DNA from: Lama glama
Lineage: Eukaryota
Direction of reading: 5' to 3'
Length of the DNA: 64,000 nucleotides
Assembly: GCA_028534125.1 (NCBI GenBank)
Contig: CM052816.1
Location: 88,972,001-89,036,000 of the forward strand
Of this stretch, positions 24,833 to 37,789 are shown one piece after another. Position 1 is the first letter of the stretch, and each line of letters starts with the position of its first letter. The notes under the pieces were generated by a model. That model was not told the DNA's origin and did not search any database. It was given only the letters and a program-made list of their open reading frames with translations. The position numbers and the translations under genes are program-made.

Positions 24833-26031
24833 AGTTGACATTGACTGTGATCATCATCTCATAATTCTGAACCCAAGAGCCACAGAATCACAATTACAGA
24901 TTAGAAGAGAGTTCTTGACATTGAAGCATATTCTATATATTTTCCTTTACTCCTTGATTCCTATGGACCAGAGAAAACTTAACTAATATTAGCATTTGTC
25001 TGGACAGACTTTCAGGAACCACAGCTCCAAGAAGCTGTCTCTAAAACTTCTTGATTGCACTCAGCCTCATGTAATCAGCAAGAGATTTAACCCATTTCCA
25101 AGTACATGTGTGTTTTGTAATAATAAATTATACATATATACTACTATACTCACATATTATGCAATCTATATAGCATAGACCAAAATAGAATAGAATGTTA
25201 AAAGGATGAATTGAAATGACTGTGAGTTGAAGTCCAAATGTATTTTCCTATACACCAGTGGAAAATGTGAACATCCCTTGTGCTCAACCCAGTTCAGAAA
25301 CCTGTCTGTACAATGACTCTGCTTTTACTTTTGTATAGAAATAAGCTTTGTACTCCTCAAAAGATGCTCATAGAAGGTGACACAGTAAAACAGGAAGTCC
25401 TTTATCAGACTTTTAAAGCCACATCAACCTATCTCTAATAACCTATTTCTGTGTTTTCAACCTCTGTTCTGGTCAGACCCCTAAAAAAATTCTTCCAGTG
25501 TACCTCTTCCAGTTGTCTTTATTAAGGTGAATGATGTGTGCTCGGATTAATCTTGTAGATACTTTAACTCATTTGTTCCACTTACGCCATGGGAGCACTA
25601 ATTCTTTCTGTGGATATATGTCTGAGATGGGAAAAAAAAGACATGTTATTAAAAAAATTCGCTCGTTTAAATTAACTTATTTTAATGAAGAGGAGAGTTG
25701 TTGAATGGTAGTACATAAATTTAGGACAGTGACGTCAATTTAAGACTAGTCAGATGTTAGGACCCGATGCAGATTTGGCAAACACCAGTTCAAAAGCACA
25801 GCAATCTTGCAGACTGTATGCTCTATGTGTGAGTCCTGGATGCTAGGCTGTTGTGAAAATTCAGATAGTCTGAGGCAGTTTTTATATTCTGCCTGACTGA
25901 CCCATTTGTCCTTGAGGATGTATACAGCATCTAAGGACTACATTATGATGCTCTTTCTCTCACTTCTTAAAAGCAGTGGTAGCTTGAAATCAGTCCTTGT
26001 CCCTTATTCCCTACAAAGTGTGTTAAAAAAA

Positions 26032-26531
26032 NNNNNNNNNNNNNNNNNNNNNNNNNNNNNNNNNNNNNNNNNNNNNNNNNNNNNNNNNNNNNNNNNNNNN
26101 NNNNNNNNNNNNNNNNNNNNNNNNNNNNNNNNNNNNNNNNNNNNNNNNNNNNNNNNNNNNNNNNNNNNNNNNNNNNNNNNNNNNNNNNNNNNNNNNNNNN
26201 NNNNNNNNNNNNNNNNNNNNNNNNNNNNNNNNNNNNNNNNNNNNNNNNNNNNNNNNNNNNNNNNNNNNNNNNNNNNNNNNNNNNNNNNNNNNNNNNNNNN
26301 NNNNNNNNNNNNNNNNNNNNNNNNNNNNNNNNNNNNNNNNNNNNNNNNNNNNNNNNNNNNNNNNNNNNNNNNNNNNNNNNNNNNNNNNNNNNNNNNNNNN
26401 NNNNNNNNNNNNNNNNNNNNNNNNNNNNNNNNNNNNNNNNNNNNNNNNNNNNNNNNNNNNNNNNNNNNNNNNNNNNNNNNNNNNNNNNNNNNNNNNNNNN
26501 NNNNNNNNNNNNNNNNNNNNNNNNNNNNNNN
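26032..26531. other. Assembly gap (500 N)
   Basis: Exactly 500 N. Confidence 1.
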
Positions 26532-26619
26532 TTTTTTTTAGCTCTATTTTTTTATCCTGGCTGTCAATGCCATCTATCTTGATGTTTCTCCTTGGATCTT
26601 GGATGAATGTCAATAATTC

Positions 26620-26846
26620 TTAACCTCCTTCTGTCTATTTTTTATAGCACTTACAATTATCTGAAATACAATACATATTTACTTACTTGGCTATGTATTT
26701 GTGTCTCTTCAACCCCTCACCCTCACAAAATGTAAGCACCATGTGGCAGGGTGTTCTTGTCTCTTTTGTTTATTGCTGTATCTGCAGTATGAACAAGAGT
26801 GTTTGGCACATAATAGGTATGCAGTAAATAATTGTTGAATGAATGA
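26620..26846 (+). mobile_element. L2a 3' end
   Basis: aatgtaagcaccatgtggcaggg...tggcacataataggtatgcagtaaataattgttgaatgaatga is the canonical L2 terminus. Confidence 0.85.
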
Positions 26847-29800
26847 TCTATCCTTATTATTTCCAAAGTATTTGAGGCATCTATTTAATGTTTATAAATG
26901 TAATTTTATCAATTTTAGGGAAAAGGTCATATCAAATTGCATCACGACCTAATGACTTGTTAAGCTGATTTTAACTAAGAATAAGAATAATTCTTATGCT
27001 GTTTACTTTTAGGTTCTGAAAGACCTTATTACCCTCTGAGAGCACAATTCACCTGTTATTTTTCTTCTCTTAATATTGTCTTTTCAATGTTAATGCTGAA
27101 ATACAACTGAAATTATGTTGTGCACATTATAAAATATGAAACAATTTTATTAGTTTACTCAAATATCTATTTGTCAAAATTTTAGTACAATATGCCTCGT
27201 ATTGATTTATAAAACTCCCTTGTTTTATATACTATAGTTAAACTTCATTCTGTTTCTTGCATTTCTATTCTGGTATGTTTTTCAGATTCTACTGATTTCA
27301 AAGTCCATTAACTATTGAATTTATAATGCATATTATCAATAATTACTATTATCATAAATATTATTTTACTATTTAAAATCACTACTAATATTTTATATTT
27401 TAATATTGACTATGCATTAGTCACAATGTTACAGGCTTCAAATGGATTATAACACTTAAGTTAATACTCATGTCTCTACAAAGAGGATATTGCATCCATC
27501 TTAATCAATTCACGTAATGATGGTTCAGAGAATGTATTTAAATTGTCCAAAGTCACAAAGCTAACAACTGAGAGAGTTGATACTCTAATAGGAGTCTTCG
27601 TTTCACAGGTTATGCTCTAAAAAATAAAAATCTGGCAATTCAAAACCCTCAATATTTTGCTTCTTTAAGAATTATATTTGCTATCCATCCCCTGTTATGT
27701 TTTCATGAGTTGGATCCTTGAGTGGTATGGAGAAATTTGTAATAAACTATTACCATTTATTGCTATGCATAGGTTTTTATGACATAAATTTTGAAAACAT
27801 TTTCATGCATTTTTTTTCTTTTTTTCCTCTTCAGGACCCAATCACAGCAATATATGAGAAAATATATCACCAAACATTCATAAAGTGAATTGCAAGGTAA
27901 AATTTTCTATATTAAACATGTTATAGAAATATAGAAATTCTTGTCATATACTTTCTCTTAAAGATCTTTATAGTTCTACGGAGATATTTAGAGGTTTGGC
28001 AAAGCAGTTTTCTTCTGTGTTTTAAAGTCACTCTTTAAAAAATATAACCTATTCCATTATTTTCTCTAATAAATTTTGAAACTCTTTCTCATGGGCACAC
28101 TTTTCAAGTGCCACAAAACCAGCAAATAAGCACTGACATTAGACTGTCTTTTTTAAGTGTTTCTAATTTTTTTAAATGAAAGCTTGAGACTGACACATGA
28201 AGTAGATTACTCTCAGTGAATGTTATATTACCATATTTCAATATTTTAAAAACTATTTCTAAAATGTAGTTTTGTTTGTGTGTGCTTGAATATATATAGA
28301 AATCAGATTATATGTGTTTTATTAACCATTTGAACTTATTACTAGATGTAGTTCTCTTTACCAATGACCACTCAATTTGTTTTATAACATCTTTAAACAT
28401 CAGAGTCTAGAGATGTAGTTGGCTATTAATCATCATTCATCTGTGTCAATCTGTTTGATATATGACAATGATACTTATAATTGAATAATAAGTAGAATAG
28501 GTATAAACATTGAACATTTAATAAATAGTGGATAAAAATAACTACACCCTCTACCATTTTGGTGAGTGACTAATAAGATCTGATACAAAATTACCTTATG
28601 TCTTCTTGAATACTTGAATTTCTTGTGAAAAGATGAAATATAAAGATATAAGCCATGAAATCAAAAGTACTATTTTTATATATTTTGTTTAAAGTATATT
28701 TCACCACACAGTCTGTATAATTGCCTGATTTTTTAAGGTAAGTATGCAAATATCTTATTAAATCCTGCTAATTGTTATCAACAGAAAGGATTGAAAATGC
28801 TGAAATTTCAAAACAGTCAATATTTTCAAAGTCAAATTCCATTGTTTTATGTAATGTGCCTATTATTATCTTAGAAAAACATCTATAAATGTGGATCTGT
28901 TTTGTGATCATATATTAAATCTAAAAACAAACAAACAAAATCTCAACCATTGTGTTCCATCCAATTCAAACAAAGATACAAGGTAATACAGTTTTCAAGT
29001 GTATTTCAAGGTCTCAACCCCCCAGCTGCATTTATCCTGAGTCCCCCACTCAGGACACTCCAACCTTGACCATGTTGGAAACCCTTAGCAAGGGTGAGTT
29101 TTCTTTTTGTTTGCAGACAAATTTTGCTTGAAAGTGCCTTTTTTGGAAGCAGGAACATATGGAACTAAATAAAAATAATAAGAAATTGTATCATGAAAGG
29201 TTTTGTGGCATACATCGCTCAATTATCTTAATAAGTAAATTCCTTTATTATTAATAAGACTTTATCATCATGAGTATACTTGATCATTGCAGGAAAAATA
29301 CAACAGGTTTGTGTGTGTGCATGTGTGTGTGTGTTTGTGAAAAAAACTTACATCCATTTTCATGCCCCAGGACGTGAATTAAACATAAATAACTTTGAAA
29401 ATTGAAATGTTAATATATATTTTATTATTACATTATTTATTATGTTTATATTTTACAGTATCATCCTTAAGATTGTAGGTAATTGTAAACAGAATTATAT
29501 TTACACTGAATCATTTGCTCTGCGTGTGAGACTAAGACGCCTAGCACACCTTCAGAAAGGGTTATATTAGAGTGGACAGAACATCACACATTTCATTGTT
29601 TTACAAAGTAAAGCTTGATTAGACTTTTAATGTTAGTCCAAGTTTCCGTGGCTTTAAGTCAAATGTAAACAGAAGTCTATGCAATATAAAGAGGGAGAAT
29701 ATGACACTGTTTACCAAGTGAATTTAAGTGTACTTGTCAGATTCAAAATTAATGCAAATTACTAAAAAAAGAAGAAAAGCTGGAAGAAGAGATTTTACAC

Positions 29801-32800
29801 TGACTGTCAGTTGAAACCTAACCATATATTTATATCAATTTTAAGTTAAATCTCACTTAAATTTTGACTCTTTAAAGTCATTCTTTAACTATAATACATA
29901 ACATTTGAGGATGTAAATATCAAGACAATAGCAGTATTTAATGAATTAAGGCAGACTTAAGATCAATATCCTTGAAAAAGGAAATTTTTGCCACTGCATG
30001 GTTAGTATGTTTGTAATTTTCCTCTCAATCTACATCTTTTTTTTTTTAATTTCCAATTTACAGTTAGCAGTGTCCTCCATTAAGGGCTTACATTTCAGAA
30101 GAATGTTCATACTCTTGCTCTCTTTTATAATAAGGCAGGAAACATTAAATCCAAATTTTCACAGAAAGACAATTTTCAGAAAGGTACGTGTCCACTGTAA
30201 ACACATGATTAAATTATCTTCAGTAGACAAATTAAATTCAATAACAACAGAATTCAAAATGTACCTGTTGAATGTTGAGCAGAGTAGAACCCCAGACTCC
30301 ATTCTACGTTGTAAAATAATTAATAGTTGTTCCATAATTTAAAAAAAAATTATCTCAACCTTGGTAGACAATCAAGTATACAATTTTATATACTTAATTG
30401 AAATTAATGTGAGCACAAAATTTATAGATTTTCACACTCAAATTTTACCTCATACCATTTTCAATGGATTATTATTTTCTTTTGCAATTATGGGGAAATT
30501 GCATATTACATAGTTACTTAAGTTATTTAATATTTTCCCATCTCAAAAATGTGAATATTAATATATTTCTATTCTATAAATGTCTATACATACTATTTTA
30601 TACAGTTAGAAAAAATAAAAAATATCTATTGTACTTACCCAGTAGTAGTTTTAGGAGTTTTGTTTGTTTGTTTCTATATACCTTTCCTAGTCCACTAAGT
30701 ATTCCTTATATGATTACATAAAGAAACAAGGTAAATTACATGACTTTCTGACTGACCATATATAATAGACTATATAGTTCTATTTGCCATCAATATGACT
30801 ACATCTTGCAAATGACTAATAGTGCAGTTACCCAGCAAGGGACTGGTGTTTATAAACTCATTTACCCCTCAAAGGTATGCTATGATATAGATATAATTAT
30901 CAATTTAGAGAAGCACTATGGATAAAATAGAAATTGGCAATATTTTTATGGGACTATAGACAGTTTTTTTTTAAATATCAGCTAAAACAAAAATAAAATG
31001 TGATTCTATTAAGTTCAACATTTGCTCACTGTTTATTCTAAAACAAAGAAGAGTGATACTTACAGGCAAATGATGCCAAGCAATCAGCATGGGTCCTCTA
31101 CCTGCAAAAGGTCACCTGGGACTGATGCTTGTCTGTGTTGGATTTGAACTGGTAAAAACTCTTGTTTCTAGTTACAGTGTTGAGATGTATGTGTTCTATC
31201 AAAAGAAGTAATCCTGAGAAGGAACATCAGGGACTACCTTGCTAAAGAGAAAAGGGGTCCTCAACATTTTCATTGTTCTTGCTGCCACTTGTTTGGGTGT
31301 TGGAGTCCAGGACAAGGAGAGTGTGTGCTTATTCCTCATGTTGACTGTTTTTCTGTTGTCATGTAGCCATCACAGATTTATGAGCATCTTCTATCCTTTG
31401 GAGGGCAGAATCCAGCTGACAGTTCATAAGGAAGGATATGATTATATGCTTTCAAGTTCCTTTCACATTTGTTGATGAACAGCAACACCCATTTTGCTTA
31501 AAGTCAAACATTTATCCTTTTTCACTTACTCAACAGTGTCATCTGTTTGACACGTCTCACTGAAGAAATAACTTTCAACCAGTCTGCATTAAATCCATCT
31601 CTTCAGTATTTCAAATCTCATAAAAATCTTCAACTTCTTAAAAAAATACTTATAAGAAACATTGCTTAATTCAGTGATCACACACTTAAAGTTTATATAA
31701 ATCAAAGAATAAATATTTAGAGTGTGTTGATTAGTAATTATATATTTTTGGATGAGCACAAAGTAAACAAATTAATTAGCTATTTGGAAAAAGGATGACC
31801 TTCTTGAAGTATAATGTCTTCTTTGAGTTAATTGCAATTATTCTCAAACATTATCTTGTTTCTAAATATTCTATCAATTTTCCTTTCAATTAAACTTTCC
31901 CTTTTGTTATTATTTATCAGACTTTACCTATTATTAAGTCATAGTGTCTAAATGCTGAGTCTTAAACTACTAGAATTTTGTTTTCCAAAAAACTGTGTCT
32001 TTGTCTCACTTTTTACAGAATGACAACTCTTTCTTACCGAGTCTATCCTCATAACAATAGTTAACTAACTGAATTGAGGACAGTGTCTTTAATTTACTTG
32101 CATTTGTATTCTACCTTTCTGCATCCTTGACTGAAACTCCCTGCCCTCTGGGTAAAGCACATTCCTTAGCATAAAATAGATTAGTAAATATTAATTGAAT
32201 TGAACTGAGGAACAAGAGTGGTGAAGAGCTAGTTTAATAGGGGATGGCTCTTAAAATACACAAAGAAATATCAAAGCACAGATGTTTGGTAAGAGGTGAG
32301 GGAGGAAGAACTTGACTCTACTTATTAGCATGAACTATCTTGTTAGATTAGCAAATTGTTAGGCTGGATGGTTTTGAAGGCATTCATTGTGAAGAAATGA
32401 ACTGTGACTGACATGGCTCACTGGATGAGAGGATGGGGAGAAAACCAAAAGGATGTCATGGAGCTAAGCTGAGCTCGAGAAAAAGAGCTGAGCTCCCAGG
32501 TGTGGAGTAGCTGGTTAACCTACCATGTGATGTTTCCTTAATGAAAGAAAAAAATTCCCAAATGCTGGATATTTTTACTTTATGAATATGAATTATTGAA
32601 TGCCCAGTCTAAGCCAGTTACCAAGTGATTGGGATATACAATTTCATTTATTATTTAGAATAACACAAGTGTACTGTCTCCATTTTATTGATGAGGAAGC
32701 TGAACCTGGATCAACCGCAGGTCCTTCTGGCACCAATCCTTTGCTCTTACCCATCAGGAGTGTGTATAGGTATATTCAATAAGATAAGTGCCATGGTTGA

Positions 32801-32889
32801 GGCACTGTGGTATTTAGAATTATTGGTTTCTTTCTAATGGTGGATTCACATTTCATTTCCTGCTTTTTTTTAAGTAAAACACTTGAACT

Positions 32890-33015
32890 CCTGTTTCAGA
32901 TCCCTTTAAAACATGTGCAAATCTTCGTTTCTTTATGTATTTTTTTTCTTGCCTAGAGTTTGCATACCTTTAATCAAATTCTCAATAGATCTGTGACTAT
33001 GAAAGGTTTAAGTAA
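32890..33015. mobile_element. MER103-like hAT fragment
   Basis: catacctttaatcaaattctcaatagatctgtgactatgaaaggtttaag resembles the MER103C end. Confidence 0.45.
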
Positions 33016-35334
33016 ATGAAAAGAACAACAAAGGGATAGAAAAAAAATCATACTGAAATATGGATCATTTGGAAAACACAGCTGCATTTTTAAGTGGCTT
33101 CCTAATTACAGTATGCAATAATTGATACACAAATGTTCACCTGAATAAAGTTTGCAAAATTCGGGAGGGGATTCTTATGAGGCAGATTTGTAAAAGCATA
33201 ATATGTCCTCTGCACACATCTTCTGACTTAATTGCTATGTGTTTAATTGGGTATTTTAAGGAATTAACTCAAGGCCAAACTATGTAGTAAGCAACTATCA
33301 TTTGGCTTTACAGCCTCCTGTATTTAGCACCACTTTTACGAATCTATGGATATTTTCCATAATTCCATATACTGCTGCTCTGCCTTCCTCAAATGTTGAG
33401 GGTCACTCTCTGGCTCACCCTCAGCCACCCCTCTATTCCTTAAAACAACAATTACAACATGTGGATATTACTATGTCCTTTTGTCCTTAACGTCTTGTCA
33501 TCTGTGACTCAGAGTGATGGTATTAGCCGTTGATATATTAGTGGTCTCTTACTACTTTCTGAAATCTGATTCTGTATTGCGATTAAGACTCAGTGCCAAG
33601 GAAGGACTCAAACAAATACTGAGGATTTCTGTTCTACAGCAGCCCATGCAGGTTTTTTCACTGTGCTCTGTATGTGAGGTGTTTTTAATGTGTAGTGTTC
33701 AAATAGGGGCCCATGACCGCTCTCGAATCAAGTTATTCAACTTGGTGAGCTTTTATGCATAATTACAAGTCAGACGCTGTGCCAGGGGCTGCAATATTGG
33801 TTATTTTCTCATTGAGAGTTCATAATAATCTGATAAGGTAGGTATCAACATCCCCATTTCTTCACAGTAAAACCTATTAAACAACTCCATCTTGATTAAG
33901 CTGGCATTCACACATAGATTTCCTGATTATACTTGTAGAACTTCCTTTATATCACAGCTGGTCTGTTGGCATCCGTTCTTTTTACTTCCCCATTGTTGTG
34001 ATTTCAATTTTACCTTGGAAAAAATAAATCGTTTTTTGGTCACATTTGTTTTGAGATTCAAATCCAGGCATATTTATGGGGATATAAAAGTGTTTTAGAA
34101 CCCGTTTTGGTATAACTTCATTTGTTTTAAACTAGAATATACTACAACATAATACCATCTATTTCAACATTATTGTGAAAACGGTGTATCCAGATTGCTT
34201 TGTAAGAAGGTAAAATGAAGTTTGGGACCAATTTTAGTGTAGGTGCAGGCTTTATTTATTAGCCTGGGCTACAAGGACAAGAAAAGCTGTTGTGGAGAAC
34301 TTTAGCCGTATCTGCTGACAAATGGCCATTTAGTTCTGATTTAGTGCAACTCCTGGGCACTAGGAAATCACCCGCTGAGATACCAAGCCAAAACATAAGA
34401 TTTTTAAGTTTTGAGGCTTCCTGTCAAACTGATGCTTTGCATAGCTAGACATTTCTGTTGCTTAAAGCCTGAATAAGTTCAAGGAAAAAAATGTTTAGAT
34501 TTTTTTTTTTTTGCCTTGATTGGGGAGATTAACAAGATTCTTTCTTTATCCCATTGGTTAATGATTTTAAAAGTTGGGTGCAAAGAAAAGGACCTTATAC
34601 ATAACAATATTGTATATGATAATAACATACAAAAAAAATCATGACCATTCAAAGAAATTCAATGAATTTTACTAATTTCAGAAGTTTTGAAAATCATAAA
34701 GTGCCAAGAAGTATAATATTTGCATCTATTTATCATAAATAAACCATATTATTTTCATTTTCACCCAATTCAAACTATGAAATTTTGTCACTCCCTCATG
34801 CTTAAATCAATTTCTTGAATCCTTTTAAACATATCCAAAATTGAGGTTTTCCAATCATTGTGGAAGTAGGCAATTTATTTGAATGTTTTTTATTGTTTTT
34901 TTCCACTGTTGAAATGATAAAGCTAGTCTAGTATGGACATATGGGTCCAGGGACACTGAGTGCAAATGACAAGTCTGGTGGTCTCCTAGCAGAACTCATG
35001 ACCATATCAAAGATACTTTTTTGAACAGAAAAATATCGGTGCATGTCTATGTGTAATTGCTTTGACTGACAGTCTGATTCTGAAAACTTCTCTATTACAT
35101 TTGGTTAGATTATGCAAAATGAAATTTCAAACACAAGATTCAGCACCCTTCAAAGAGGCTATTATTCAGTAGTATGTTGCTTGTAAGTTACGGTAAATTG
35201 TATTTACTTGCTTTTCTCAGTCCGTGTTGAAATTGTCTCTTTTTTTTTGAATATTTATATTCTGAGCAAAATACCTAAATACTATTTAATTTTCAATATT
35301 CCAATCACTGGTCATTCATTTTCAGTTGAGTAAT

Positions 35335-35470
35335 ATCAACTGAGAGTCCAGAGTTCCAAGCTTTATTGGTAGCTCTTCTTTTTTGACCCTTGTTAGCTGT
35401 GTGATCGTTTGTAATTAATGTACCCTTTCTGGGCCTTAGGCTCATTATTTGATAATTGGGAGTATGAATA
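35335..35470 (+). mobile_element. MIR fragment
   Basis: ttagctgtgtgatc...cttttctgggccttaggctcattattttgataattggga. Confidence 0.55.
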
Positions 35471-35759
35471 AATTTGTGGTTCCCAAGAGCCAGTCCTTGA
35501 ACTGGGGCCTTTCTGATTATTAAGTTTCACTGGTTCAGGTTACAGTTATAAACATAATTAATGAGTTTATTATAGTGATATATTTATTTCAGAACTCTGA
35601 TTTATTCAGTTAATTGTTTAATGTTAAATTTTACTTTCTAAAATTAGAAGAATATTTCGCTGAAATTCTATTTTTGGACTCAGAATTCTGCTTAGAACAA
35701 GAAAAATGTAAAAATATATTTGGAGACAGAGTTATTTCTACTTAAATAGGATGTTAGAT

Positions 35760-36010
35760 AATACAGAATGACTGATTATTTTATTAACTAAAATAATGGT
35801 GCTGTACTTGTCATTATGTAAGAAAATATCTTTATTTTTCAAAGCTACATGCTAAACTATTTAGAAGAAATTTTTCACAGGTAGGATTTGTGATAAAAAA
35901 AAGTGTATCAAAATATGTAGATAAAGCATATATGCCAAAATGTTTATAATTATGAAGTCAGGATTGTGAATCCAATGTGATAGTCCACCAATATTCCTTG
36001 GTATAGTTTT
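35760..36010 (+). mobile_element. Ancient L1 (L1MC/ME-like) 3'UTR fragment
   Basis: ataatggt...attatgtaagaaaatatctttattttt...acatgctaaactatttag and gataaagcatatatgccaaaatgtt. Confidence 0.5.
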
Positions 36011-37789
36011 AATGCTAAGAAGTGGCCCAAACAGAAACAAGTTTTATTAGATAACTTTGCACTTAGGGATTGCATTGAGACAAAGTTCTAGCATTTGGAG
36101 TGTATCCTATGTATATGCTTAACTAAACTTGTCACTTTCATTCCGCAACTTCTTCCTGACTAATCATTCAGATACCAGATTTAGATAACAGGTATTTATT
36201 GAGAATTTAAACAATGCATCAAAATAAGCATGAGTTATATATTTTTTAAAAACATGTAAGTCTGTCTCTGAGGAATTAGTAATTATTATTTTTGTGGAAG
36301 TAGGACTTCATTTTTGCCATCAAGGCACCACCAAGGCTTCATCCCTAAAATCTCTCAGCCAGTAGGATAAGCACAGATCACACGCGCACACCATGGCCAG
36401 GCACTCCACTTCAAAGACAGAAATAACGCAATGAGTAATGCTTATACGTAGACTCTGGTGTCAGAGAAATCTGAGATGTGGGGTCAAAGCTCAGTTCTGG
36501 CACTTGTTAGATATTAAGATTAAGAAAATTATGCCTAAACATTATTATCTTTTGTACTACAAAACAATGACAACAACAACAACAAAGTTTGTTTGAGTAG
36601 TTAGTAATGCAACACCTGGCACATATTATTATCTCATATTTACACTTCTGTTTACATCTCTATTTACATTTTTGGTCATCATCTACTACTCAAAGGTAGA
36701 GTGCAAGTGCAACTTTTTTTTTTTCAAATTGTCCAAAAAAATATAAATAACATATTCCAAAAATGTTCTAATTTGATTGGTAATTTATTTACATAAAGGG
36801 GAAAAAGATGAAAACCTAGTGAATCCCAATCTCACTGTTTGTTTAACTTTGTAAATCATTCTGTAATTCCTCTCTATCAACTTTGTGTTTTTTTCTCAGT
36901 CACTAAACTTCTACAGAATAGTTTTCTATTCTTAAGGTAGAATGCAATAGGTCTTTCTTTTGCAAATAAGCAGCACAAAATAGAAGTCAACATTTGAGAA
37001 TAAAACATTGGCTTACTGAGCCTTTAATAAACTACACTTCCTCAGCCTTCACTGGGTAGAGCCTCTAGGATTGGAAGACAGCATGGATTTAACGTAGCTG
37101 GACAGATGTTAAGATGGATCCAAGTGGAAACAAGTACGATTCGATACTATTGTTAGTCTTTGCTTTAGAACTTATCACATTTTAAATTGCATCTGAACCT
37201 GTAAAATAAATTCAAAGATTGCTACCTACTTAGAAAATCTTTAGGCAATCCAATTAAAATGGAAGAAAGTCATCAAATTTTTCAGATTCACATACAGAGT
37301 TAGTAATGTATCAAAGTCAAGTCAATAACCATTTTTAAACACCTATGTGTGAAGAATTTTTCAAAGTAATACAGAAAATAAATTCTTCCATGCATACTAT
37401 TTTCAACACTAAAGAACTTCCATATACATTGGCTTAATTGATTCTTACCCCAAATTTGAGTCTAAAGCTATGTTAGGATATACTCCTCTCACTGCCAACT
37501 AAATCCTTTTACATTTTTAGTTAACTGCTCCTTTTTCTTTAACTTTTATGGTAAAATAAAAGCACAGAGCATTGTCTTAAAAATCTAACAAGTCAAATCC
37601 ATGCTTGGATGCATATACTATTATTTTGATTTATCTTTAGTATTAGCAACCATGGTATTGTCATTTTTTCCTTTTTTGTATGCAATTTTATACTTAAAAT
37701 ACTTAAATGATGTTGCTCTTCTAGTACATATATTTTGCCACTTTAATTAAAGCTAATTCACATCATAAATTCTCCTTCCAGAAAGTCCA

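Noticed and set aside
25906..26613. The two longest ORFs (211 and 196 aa)
   Set aside because: Artefacts of reading through the 500-N gap.
31063..31100. Minus-strand 38-nt exon-like segment (…RGPMLIAWHHLP)
   Set aside because: Short pyrimidine tract, no partner exons and no recognisable peptide.
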